Source: Lama glama (taxonomy: Eukaryota). Taken from it: a stretch of 60,000 bases of DNA. Every line of letters begins with the position of its first letter. The first letter of the stretch is position 1. The position numbers and the translations under genes are program-made. Below, piece after piece: positions 1 to 11,180 of this stretch. The notes under the pieces are model-generated. The model saw nothing but the letters and a program-made list of their open reading frames with translations. It did not search any database and was not told the DNA's origin. Location of the stretch: assembly GCA_028534125.1 (NCBI GenBank), contig CM052816.1, positions 101,496,001-101,556,000 on the forward strand, in the 5' to 3' direction.

Positions 1-2363
1 GGCCAACCCAGAGTCACAGGTGTGGCCTGTGTGTGTCTCAGGAAACGGAGGCACTTGCGGTGACATCACCCCCCCACCGCCACCCTGCCCGGAGGCGGGC
101 GACGTCGCCTGCCCAGGTGACCCAGGCCCAGCCGTCTCCGGCCCCTCGCAGACGCCCGCGGCCCTGCGAGTCTGCTCCAAGCCCGCTGTGCCCACGGTGG
201 GGGGAGCTCGTGCAAGGCCCAGGCTCCTGGACCCCGTCCCTGACTGTCCTTCTGTCCCCTCCACCAGCGTTTGCCAGGTGGCACGTGGACGTCAGGGAAG
301 ACGGGTCCCGCTGTGGAAGGCCTGGAAGCCGGGAGGGAGGGAGGTACAACTCCCAAGAGGGGAGGGCACTGCCCTGACTGTATCTGCAGGTTCCAGGGTG
401 GCGGCCCTGAGGGAGGGAGGGTGACCCTGTGCCATGGCCGCCCTGGCTCCTGGGGTCTCCCCTGCGGCGTCTCCGGTGTGGTGGAGCGGGCACTGGAGAC
501 TCGTCTTCCCCAGAGTCCCCGCTCCCTGCCCGCCTGGACGCTTCTCCAGACAGATCTGGGGCCGGGGTCCTCGCAGCCGGGCTCAGGGCCATCTTGGTAG
601 AACTGACACTAAGTCATGAAAACAGGACCAGAGGCAAATTCAGCAAATGCTGCTCCACTCCCGGGGAGTACCCGGTGCGAAGCAGCTGAAGCGGGGTCCC
701 TGCCACAGCGCGTCCTGTGCGGACGTCCCGTGGGCTGAACGACCCCCACTGCTGGAGCCGATGCCGCTCTGCCGGGGGCTTCGTGGTTCATGCAGGTCCC
801 TTTGGGCGCCGTGGAGGGTGAGAGGCGAGTTCTGTGAGGGCACATACGTGAGACTATGGTCCCGTGATGTCTGCCTGTGTCAGACACTGTCCCGACTGAG
901 ACGCTGGTGAGGACACGCGATGCTTGGCTGTGAGACGGCACCAGCCGTGCAGGTGGCTGCAGGCAGGAGTCCCTGTGTGAGTGAGCGAGCGAGCGCGCGT
1001 GAGTGTGTGCACGTGGACACAGTCTAATAGCCTACGTCGCCGGGGCAGCCATGGGGTCGAGGGACCCTGTGTGGCCGCAGGGTTGGGCTGTCTTCACCCA
1101 GAGATGCAGGCCCTTCAGCATTAGGGCAGAGCCCATTGGTCCAGGAGCCCTGGTCCAAGGGAAGGGCCGCTGGGGTGGGGCTGGCGCAGACTCGCAGCGT
1201 GACCGCTCGGGGTGGGACTGCAGAAGCTGGGCCACAGGCTCCGCTTACTCCGGCCAAAACCACTGCAGCGCAGGAAGCGCGGCGCCAGGAGTGGGTGGGT
1301 CTCCAGGGGCCCCGGCCAGCTCGTCGTGGCCTTGCTGGGGCTGCAGGGAGGCCGTGACCCCGCACACGGCCGTTCCCGCCTGGGCCAGGCCCCGGGGGTG
1401 GGGAAGGCGGGTGAGGGCAGCGCGGTGGCCTCCCAGGTCTGCGTCCTCCAGTTTGAAAGTGTTCACGAGGAAAGCAGCCGAGGCCGAACTCTCTCTGGGG
1501 CAGACTTCTAATTACAGATCGACTTCATCGAGGGATTCAAATTTCTCCTTCTCCTGAGTCAGTTTCGGAAAATCGTGTTTATCTGGGAACTCGTCCATGT
1601 CCTCTGTGTTTTCAAATGCAGCGGCAGAAATGTCCGCAAGTGATCTCTCACAGCCTCTGCCGCCCGCCGGCGGCAGCGGCGCGCCCTCGAGGCCTGCTCT
1701 CCTGTCCACCCCTGCTGTGGGGCTTCATCAGCGCTGCAGGTCTTTTCACAGAGCCACCTTTTTGAAAGCAACGCCTTACTGTGCGTCTGCCCTCCGTGAG
1801 CGCCTGCCCTGCCCTGCCCGCTCCTTTCGCTGGCTTTTCCTTCCTTCCGTCTTCTTTAATTCCACAGAGTGGGCCATCGGGCCATCGTCCTTAAATTCTT
1901 TTCCCCCCAAACGTTCATTTAAGGCTGTAAAATCACTGCGTGCCGCAGTTCACGTTTGTGTGTTTTCACCATTCAGTTCAAATATGATCTGATCTCCACT
2001 GTGATTCATTTTGACCCGCGGATTATCCGAAAGGGGGTTGCTTAATTCCAAACACTTGAGGGCTTCTGACATCCTGTTCTGTTCTCCACCGCGGCTAGAA
2101 GATGCACTCGAGGCCCTCAGTCGTCCAAGCTCCGGGAGACTCGCTTCACACCAGCTTGTGGTCAATGCTTTAAATGGCCTGCGTACTCTTGAAATTTTGT
2201 TTCATGCATTGAATTCCCTGATTTGTCAATCACGTAAGTATGTTTTGCGAATCTTTGTCTTCTGGCAGTTGATTACATTTGCTAATAAGCGTGTGCTAAG
2301 GTCCCCGTGGTGACTGTGGACCCGCCACGGGGACCTTTGGTTGTTAACTTCGACGTCACCAGG

Positions 2364-2614
2364 TAGGGTGACCATCAGAGCCCAGGACACGGCCCCCCAC
2401 GGGAGGTGCTGTGAGCCTGCAGCTCTGAGTCCTCACGACACCCGTTCGGATGTGCTGGGGTGGGTCGCCCTCTCCGCTGTCTTCACATCACCCGCACCCT
2501 CGTGCCTCCACATCACCCGTACCCTCGTGCCTCCACCCGGGACACACCTCCCACCGGGGTGACCCCGCCGGTGTCTCCGTCCGGCCAGTCCCTGGCCACA
2601 GCCGCCTGGTCCTC
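2364..2614. mobile_element. Possible hAT-Blackjack-type (MER81/MER94-like) DNA transposon relic
   Basis: Begins with TAGGGTGACCAT, the recalled terminal repeat of this group; the far end (cctggtcctcat) is degenerate. Confidence 0.3.
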
Positions 2615-2649
2615 ATTCTGGAGCGGCCCGTCCCACCTGCGCTGTGAAG

Positions 2650-4140
2650 GCTGCGCTGTGGGCGTAAGAGCACGTGCTCTCTTTCTCTCAGGGCACGAAG
2701 ACGTCAGGGCCCTTTCCTGAGTCTGTTACTTTATTGCTCCTTGTGGAGTGTATTTCCGCTTTCCCTCTGGCTTTTAAAATGCCCCTTTGCCCCTGGTTTC
2801 CAGCGATTCTCCTGTGACCTGGCACTGCTGGGTTCCTGGGCGCTCACCTTGGTGCTGGAGTGGCCGTGCGCCGCGACTCCACGGCTGGGGCTGCAGTGCA
2901 CACGGTGCTAGCCACTTCCATCCCGCCACTGTCGCCTCTCACACGTGCTGGAGCTCGCGTGTTCGCCGCTTTCTCTCTGGTCTTCAGTGCAGGTGTTTCT
3001 ACACCTCCCTGTCAAGCCTCCCCATCCTCTCTGCTCCTCGGTCTGACCTGCTTTTAAACCTGCCTGTTAAGACTTGTCTTAAAAAAATGTTTTTACAACT
3101 TTAGGGAGAAATAATTGATCTCCAAAAATACAAAAAGTGATTATATTTCAAGCGTGTAACACGGCGAGCTTCGACCCACAGACGTTGCTGTGAAACCATC
3201 ACCACGTTGGAGACGGGGGGCACGTCTGGCCCCCCGCCCCACCGCTGCACGCGGACCTCAGGTCCCCCGCGCCCGTGCCCGCGTGCGCACGTGCACGCGG
3301 GTGCTGCCGCCCCCGGGGGCCTCCCTCTGTCGCTGCGCTGCCTGGAGGAAACACGCCGTTTCTCAGAACGCTCTGAAGCTGCTCTCACCGCCCGTGTCTT
3401 GCATCCTCACTGCAAGACGCGGCGTCTCTTTGGGTGGTTCTGTTTCTCTTGCCCTTTCTTGACAGTCGTAAGGTGCTTCTTTTCTGTTCCTCTAACTCCC
3501 GTGAACAACCAGCTGGACCTTTCACCCTCTCGTCCATGTGTCTTACCCTCTCGTCCACTCTCTCCGCCTCTTTTCTCTCTGAACAAACATTGTGGCTTAT
3601 TTCTCCAAAGCGTCACTTTCTGTTGCAATGGCTCTGTTGCTGGTCCCTTTCTTTGTGGTTTAATTTCAAATAACAACATGCTTTGGTCTTGGAAGTTCAT
3701 TATGCACTGAATTTTGTGTCCCCCAAGCAACGTGCTGAGCCCCTGACCCTGGCGCCATGTGGAGGAGGCGGCGCCTCTGGGAGGGGATGAGGTCGTGAGG
3801 GCGGGGTCCCCCTGGCGGGTGGGCTGACGACAGGGCCCCACGGAGCTCCGACGCCCTTTCTGAGAGAACATGGCCGGCTCCGGCCAGCAGCGTCCTCCCA
3901 GGACGGCCCTGCTGATCCCAGACCCTGGCCTCCGGGACTGTGAGGACCACGTCTGCCCGTGATGCTCTGGGCTGTGGCATTTTTGTTGTAGCAGTTGAAC
4001 TGATCAAAGTTTTATTTTGTTCTTTTAAAAACTCTTCCTGTTTATTTTTCATATTTCGTGCTGGTTCTTCCTTCTTTATATTTTCTTTTGGCTTTAATCC
4101 TCTCCTTGATAATTAATCATTTTAAACAGTCAATGCAGGT
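2650..4140 (-). mobile_element. Ancient L1 (L1ME-like) ORF1-region fragments, interrupted by a MaLR LTR
   Basis: Minus strand is purine-rich, with motifs such as gagagggtaagacacatggacgagagggtgaaaggtcc and ttttaaaagccagagggaaa that resemble old L1 ORF1 consensus; many stop codons. Confidence 0.55.
3700..4005 (+). mobile_element. MLT1-type MaLR solo LTR
   Basis: Starts ttatgcactgaattttgtgtcccccc; contains ctccgggactgtgag; ends ctgtggcatttttgttgtagcag, typical of MLT1 termini. Confidence 0.7.
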
Positions 4141-5279
4141 GGATTCCAAGGTCTGCCCCCCTCCCTTGCGGCCATGTCTCCGGAGCGTCCGTCCTCGGGG
4201 TGAAGGGCAAGCGACTGCGACATGGGAGCCCGGCGGGCTGGCCCGGGGCGGGGGGATCAGAACACCGGGACACCTACCCCTGGCGGCGACCTCGGCCATT
4301 TCCGCCTGCGGCCCTCTTGCTTGTCTGTCTCTGTACCCGGGTGGTTCCCGGCCCACAGAAGTGGTGTAATGCGCGGCCTGGACTACGCTGACTGCGCCTG
4401 CCGGCTTCGTGGGGAGGCAGGTGCTCTCTGAGTGCAACGCTTCTCGTAAGCCCAGCTTCTCACCTAAGGCCTTCATTCTGCTTTTACTTCGTTTCGCTCA
4501 GCATTCCGTGTGCTTGTGGCGGGTGCCCCTCACTCTCCAACGCCTCCCGGCCGCTCGCCCACAGGCAGAGGCTGAGGCCCCAGCCCCCACGGCACCCACG
4601 GTCGATGGAAACGGGAAGCCAGGCAGTGGTGTGACAAGCGCTCCCACCCAGAGTCAAGTCTGGCCGCGGCGGGGGCAGGGCGATGCTGGCCACAGGCAGC
4701 TGATCTTGCCCGGAGCAAAGCTGCGACAGAAAGATTTGGGTAATTGCTGTGGATGCAAGGAAATACGCCTAGAATAAACTACTTACCAAAGGAAAGGAAA
4801 TCCAGCGTAAATGCAGGTCGAGAAGGAGGAGCAGGTGTCCCCAGCTAAGACACTGATGGTGTGCAGGGCACCCAGCGCTCCTGGAACAATCCCCACTCCA
4901 GAGAGCCCAGCGGGGCTGGCGCCCCTGCCTCGTGGCCACGCTGTGTCCGCACTTCCCTGCCTTTGCTTGGCAGCGTGCAAGCATTTGCTTTTAGGAGAAG
5001 AAGCACCATCGGGATCACTCTGCTTCGGCTGAGAAGTTCGTTTATGTTGCTAAGACCCCAGGGATCCCTGTGGACAGTGAGAGGTGCCGTTTCTGAGCTG
5101 GAAAGGAGCTGAGAAGGGGCTACAGATTTATTTAGTCAAAACATCTGCATGAATTCTTTCTCCAAATGCAAGGAGGAGGGAGATGAGAAGGAAAAGCAAT
5201 GCAAGTAAAACACATGCTTATTTACATTTAAATTATTTCTTATAAGAAAGAAACATCTTTTTGCTATTTTGATGAATCA

Positions 5280-5340
5280 ATTCCTTCATTCGTTCTTTCG
5301 TTTATTCAATAAACACTTACTTAGTACTAATTACAGGCTG
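5280..5340 (-). mobile_element. L2 3' end relic
   Basis: ttcattcgttctttcgtttattcaataaacacttacttagtac resembles the L2 tail. Confidence 0.45.
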
Positions 5341-8300
5341 GCTCGCTGTTTAATATTTCTCTGCTCAATGGCGCCCACAGCAACGAGCACACCTAGTGCC
5401 CAGATGCTGGCCTCTGACACCACTGTTCAGTGAAAGGCACCAGGGCTCCTTGGAGAAGTGGCTGATTCCAGGGCTGGGGGAGAATGTGGGATGAGCCCAG
5501 GGCATCCTTTTGTGCCAGAAAGCAGGACAGTGCTTAGAAAGAGACGGGGTGTGTCGAACGTCACAGGAGCCAAGCTGGTCGAGCCTGCCCGCCAGAGCTG
5601 GGCGTCTGAGCCGCCAGGCGCGCTCCGGCTGTGCAGGGGCGGGACCCGAGGCTGACGGTGAGCGTCCGTGGCCCTTACTGGTGTCAGTGAACGAGGGAGA
5701 GGGACGGCCCTTCCTTCCAGAGAGACTCCTGGTCTTAAATGCGGAAGGAGTGGGGGAAACAGAAAATCACCGTGCAGCACTGCAGGGCTGGTCGTCGCAG
5801 AAAGACCCACCAAGGCAGGCTGAACGTTTTGAGGAGAAATGGATACTTGCACAGTTTCAAAGTTTCTCTCCAAGATCTTTATTGACTACAAAGGAAAGAG
5901 GGACACTTCAGCGGAGGAACCTGGCAGACCGCACCTCCCCGGGGCCACCAGGTCAGAGCACACTGGCACCTGTGCCCCGACGTGGCACTGGGGGCTCCGC
6001 GCTCCTGTTGTTTTCCTGCAAAGATACGTGACCGCAGTCGAGTCGAGATGCGTAATAGTCGCTCAAGGTGAGCGCCGTCTGGCGAACCCCTGACCTTCGT
6101 GGGTGTCATGGTCGCGAGGAAACCAAGAGCAGGCCCGGAAGTCCAGCGGGGCCCTCTTCAGGACCTGGGGCAGGGAGGGGCACGCGTGGAGGCTGGCACC
6201 CGACACAGTGTGGTTGACTGTGCTCCACCCGCGTCGGCTCCCGCCCCCGCCCCAGCATGGCGGCGAGGCTACGCCAGATGCTGGCCTGAGGGACGCTGGG
6301 CACAGGGGACACGGGAACTCTCTGTACTGTTTCTCAACTTCTCTCTATTCCAAAATTATTTTCAAAGTAACAAGTTACAAAAAGTATGGTGCCCGCGCTC
6401 AAAGAAAGCTGCAAAGTGACAGCCCGCACCTCGCCTTCACTCCACGCCCAGAGGAAACCACTGCTGACAGGTTCTGAATTTCGGTGCTTCTGGAAGGAGG
6501 AAGCCCCACGGGCCCCCTTGTCCCCCAGGACTGGATCTGCCAGCAGCAGACGGCGGCCTCGGCTCCCTGGCACCTGGAACTTCTCCCGTCCTGCCGTGGG
6601 GTAACTCCTGCTCTCCACGTCTGGGGCCCTGAACGCAGGGAGCCCCTCATCCGGAACGAGCTGCCTGGATGTGCCCATCCCGGCGGGCGCCCCCGAGGGT
6701 GCTGTGTCCAGGCCTGTAAACGGGAAGGAGGCGGCGCCCCTCACAGTGCTGAGGGCCGGGCTGTTCTGACGCACGTGGGCTGACTGGAAGACAGTTCCTG
6801 CGTGCACAGCGCTCAGCGACTGTTGTTACTAACATACGTTCCCCGCGTTTGCCGTGGATCTTGTTTATGAGGAGAGAACGCTGAAGTGAGCGTAGAGTCT
6901 GACGTGGCTCTGCCGCGACAGCTCACAAGCAGTCAGGTCACCGCGTCCCCCCTCCCGGCGGCGTTCCTGCCCCCAGGGCCAGGGGCTCCAGTCGGCTTTC
7001 ACGTCAACCTCTTTGAAAAAGAATTGAAAAGGGTCTGCAGTTTGTCTGCAACCTCACAGTGAGACCAAGTAGGGCCCCACCGTGTCCGCCCTCTTGTCTG
7101 CAGAAAAGCTTCAGCCTCCCAGGCTTCCCCAAGATCCAAAGAGCAAATGTAATCAGTGAAGTGAGAAAATGCAGAAAGAAAACAGTCAAGCAAGACAAAC
7201 TAGTCATAGTTCAGCCGTGAAACAAAGTCAAGGACCTTTAGTTGCTCCTCGAGGGCGGTGGGTAATGCTCTGAGCCTCGTCCTTTGAGCTGCTCTGCAGA
7301 CACTGAGGCCCCGCCAGGGGGAAGAGGCTGACTGCGTGCTGCCCCCCACACGTGGACCCAGATCAGCTGGAGCCAGAAGGTGGATGATGCTGACGCCCGG
7401 TGACCTCCCACCGACCACTCAGAACAGCGTCCACGAGCTGACCACGCCCCCCGCAGCCCCTCCCCCCCGTCTTTAAAACCCTCCCCTGAGAGCCGTGGGG
7501 TGTTCGGGTCTTTTACGCATTCGGCACCCAGACTCCTTGTTTGGCGCCTGCAATAAACGTGGGCAGGAGAGCCCAAGTTTGGTTTAGCAACAATATTTTT
7601 GTGCCCCTGAAACTCCTGTTGTACCTTCACCCCTGGAAACATGGAAGCTCTCCTCTCCTTGTTTGGAGCCATCCCGTAACTGTAACTGGATTGACACGTT
7701 TTTGACAATTTTGACAGCTGGCGGTGATTACACATTGTGACAAAGAACCACAGCGAGCTGACATTTGTGGTGAAACTTCCCCAAGTCCTGCACATGTTCT
7801 GTCCTCGCCCGAGCTTAACCTGCTTTCCCTGGAGAAAGGAGTGAGGCAGGGACCTGCTGTGAGTGGCTTCTGGCTCTGGCCGCGCGGCAGGTCACCCGGA
7901 CCCCGGGGCCCCAGGTGCTGACGGCACGTCAGCTGGGCCCCATCCCAGAGAGCAGCAGCACGTCTCCACGCGTCACCAGACTCGCCCCTCAGCCACCGTG
8001 GGCGTGGCTGAGATTTCCGTTGCAGTGAGCTCTGCCACCCATGTCCCCTCTCCGGTTTCAGCAGAGACTCTGAGTCGCCGTCGGGGAGGACTGGGTAAAA
8101 GCGATGGAGAAAGGAAAACCCCTGCCTAATGGCCATTCTCAGAGCAGCAGGGATGGCGTTTTATTGTAAAGCTGGCGGAGAACGCATTGCTGGGTTTGAG
8201 ATGAGATCGCAGGCACACTGACCCATTTTCGTGCTTAGAGGCGTCATGGAGGCGCCTCGAACATGGGCTTTGGGGCAGAGGGGTGTGCAGGGCCCAGGGA

Positions 8301-9119
8301 AGAGAAGACAGACAGAGGCCACACGGCCCAGGTGCTCGTGAGGTCGGCCTCTCAGGGCACTGACACTGAGAGGTGGGCAGGTGCATGGTCGACAAACCAC
8401 AAAATGACAGCATGGAGAGCCCGTCCCTGTCACGAAGCTCCGGGCAGGCCACTTGTGCCACCACGCACGCACGCGGGTGCTGGCTGCCCGGCCCAGGAGA
8501 CTGGGCAGGGGGAGCCCCATGCAGCAGCTGTGACCAGAGTGTCAGAACGGGGGTGGCAGGGCTTGCTGGCGCTCACGGGCTGGGGGAGCTGCGAGTGGCC
8601 ACGTTTGCTCACTGGGCCCCAGACAAATCCAAGGGGCCTCTCTGCCTTGCCCCCTCTGCGTGCTAGTCCCTCCGGGAGCCCCAGCGCCTGAGTCCTCCTC
8701 ATCTGGCTGCCCTGGGATGCGGTGGAGTTGACCCCCAGGACCAGGGGCTTCATAGGCAAGTCCAAGGACCCCGTGGCCCCTTCGTGCTGGAGCAGTCCTC
8801 CGAAGGCCACCTCTCCAGTTTGAGACCCCAGAGGAGCTGAAGTGATAGGCCCCCACGCCCTGGGCTGTGGCCTGAGCCAGGAGAGTGGGCGGAGCTGGAT
8901 GAGCGTCCTGTCTGACAGCCGCCGACGGCTCCCGCCGGCCACTGGCCCAAACCCTGGGCCCAGCCGGTGCTGCCGTGACGTGGCCACAGTCTGCCCCAGA
9001 AGCCAGATTTCCGGTCCTAGGTGCCTGAGATGGACCCATTTTCCAGATGGGGAGGCTGAGGTGCTTTGTCACTGGCTCCTGCTCTAGGCAGTGGGCGTGC
9101 TGCAGTGCCCAGACAGACA

Positions 9120-9780
9120 AAATTCCAGTTCCTAGAGCTACGCCAACAAGTAAAGAAGAGCAGCCACGTGCTTGGCTTGTAGAGTAACATCTGCGAGCTC
9201 TCCATCGTCGTCCACAACAGCTCTCAGTAGACTAGGAACAGAAAGGCATTTCCTTCGCTGGTGAAGCGTCTTCCAAAAACCTTCAGCAAGTGTAACACTA
9301 AGTGGTTAAACAGAAAGTGTTCCCCTTAAGAGCAGGAACGATAAGGATGCCTCCCGAAAGCACTGGTTCCTACCGTCCTGAGAGCGGCGTGGGTCGCATC
9401 ATTCGTGAGGGAGCGAGACGGGGGAGACAGACACACACAGCCAGACAGAGGGAGACAGAGAGTCAGAGAGACAGAGGGAGAGAGAGATGGTTGGAAGGAA
9501 AAACAGATTTTTCACAAGTGGTATTACAGAAACTAGGGAAAATGAGAAAGAAGTAAGACAAGAAGTAAAAGACTGAGGGTAGCAGCTTCAGAGTGACCTG
9601 CACGCGCTCATCAGACGTAGCCAGGGGCAGCCAGTGCGCTGGATGCAAACCCAGCATGCAGGACCAACTGCACTTCTGTCCCCCGGAGCAGACATGCTAG
9701 AGGTGTGAAAACCAGCAGAAGACGAAGGGGACCTGAGGAGAAAGCTGCAAGCTTTGCTGAGACGTGAGCAAGGCCTGAGC
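9120..9780 (+). mobile_element. Old L1 ORF2 fragment with an internal GA-rich tract
   Basis: ctctcagtagactaggaacagaaagg...ttccccttaagagcaggaacgataaggatgcc resembles L1 ORF2 RT-region consensus. Confidence 0.6.
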
Positions 9781-10324
9781 TCCGGGGGAGGTCGCCAGGC
9801 TGGGGAGCTCCCGGCGGGTCTGGGGGGCAGTGAGACCCGCCAGCTTCCAGAGGGCTCTGCCCCGAGCCTGGCGACCCGACTTGCAAGCTCACGGGGACAA
9901 GGGCACACGAGCTGCACAGACGGGCCAGAGGGGAAGCCCCCAGCGGGAGCCCTCCCCGTCAGCGCCGAGACTGCCCGCCAGGCCGTGGCTGCGGGGCCGC
10001 CGGCTTCGGCGCAAGGACAGACCAAGTCCCGGGGGCGGGGGGTCACGGGGGGGTGACCCGGGACAGACTCTTCCACGAAGTCGTGGGGAAGGTAGTTATC
10101 ACGAGAGAAAAGTGGCCGGGCTCCTCCCTCAGCCCTCACGTAAGGACAGGCCGGGCTCCGCCAGGGCCCTGGCTGCCAGTGTGAGTTAGAAGGGGGTACG
10201 GGAGACTGTGTCTGAGCCTTCAGGTGTGGAGGGGTCTCCCACTTTAATTTTGTTTTAGTTAATTAATTAAAAACACACCTTGAGGTAATTTAATTATGAA
10301 GTGGACTGATTTCTCATCTCACGT

Positions 10325-11180
10325 TTCTTTTTCACTGAAATGCAGTTGACGGACAATGTTGCATTGGCTTCAGATGCACAACTTAGCGATGTGACACTTT
10401 TCAGATTACCCTCCATGGAAGGTACGAGACAGCGGCCACACTCCCCGAGCCGTGAGTCACCCTCTTGCACCAATTCGTCGTAGCTCCGGGCCGTGCCCCA
10501 CGTGTCTCCCCTGTGGCCTGTTCTCTGTCTGTAAATCTGCTTCTGCTTTGTTATATCTTGTTTCCTCTTTTAGATCCCATATACAAATGGTATCTTAGGG
10601 CACCTGCTCTCTGTCTGAGTTCTGTCGCCGAGCACGGTGCCCTCTGGGCCCGCCCGCGCTGCCGCAGACCCCGCTCCTTTCCATGGCCGAGTGGTATTCT
10701 GCTGTGCGCGCGGACGCACTTCCGTCGGCGGACACCTAGGTTGTGCCCGTATCTTGGCCGCTGTCACGTAACCCTGCTGTGAATACTGGGGTGTGTGGAC
10801 CTTTTTATGTCAGTGTTTTCGTTTTCTTCCGACGCACGCCAGGGGATGGAATGGCTGGGCATACGGCAGCTCTACTTTTAAGGTTTTGAGGACTCTCCAC
10901 GCTGTTGTCCACAGTGGCTGCACCGGTTTGCACTGTAGGGAAGTTCCCTTTTCTCCACGTCCTCACCAACACTAACTCAGTCTCTTTAGAAACAGCCATC
11001 CTGGCGGGAAAGGCGACGCCTCGTCTGGTGCTGACCTGCGTCTCCCTCACAGTCAGTGGCATCGAGCATCTTCTCACGCCTCTTGCTGTCTGTGCGTCGT
11101 CTTCAGGAAAATGCCTCTTCCAATCCTCCGCCACTTTTCAGCTGTGTAGTGTTTTCTTGAGTGAGTTGTGTGAGTTCTTC
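10325..11180 (-). mobile_element. L1 3' end fragment (ORF2 C-terminus and 3'UTR)
   Basis: ctccacgctgttgtccacagtggctgcaccggtttgcac and gagcatcttctcacgcctc; ORF track peptide WKRHFPEDD..RRCSMPLTVRETQ is similar to the L1 ORF2 C-terminus. Confidence 0.8.

Larger units (their letters stand above)
1030..7828 (-). pseudogene. Candidate decayed multi-exon gene, unidentified; exon-like segments at about 7828-7517, 5885-5771, 5165-4787 and 2281-1030
   Basis: Polypyrimidine+AG acceptors at 7829 and 5886, a dead-looking acceptor at about 5166, a TG|gtaagt donor at 4786, and protein-like translation in one minus frame over 2165-1245 broken by in-frame stops. Confidence 0.35.

Noticed and set aside
2484..2533. 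25-bp tandem duplication (cacatcacccgyaccctcgtgcctc x2)
   Set aside because: An ordinary local slippage duplication.
3407..4052. K/E-rich minus-strand ORFs (MKNKQEEFLKEQNK..., ...REGKTHGREGER...) as exons of the candidate fossil gene
   Set aside because: The DNA resembles ancient L1 ORF1 interrupted by an MLT1 LTR, so I treated it as transposon debris.
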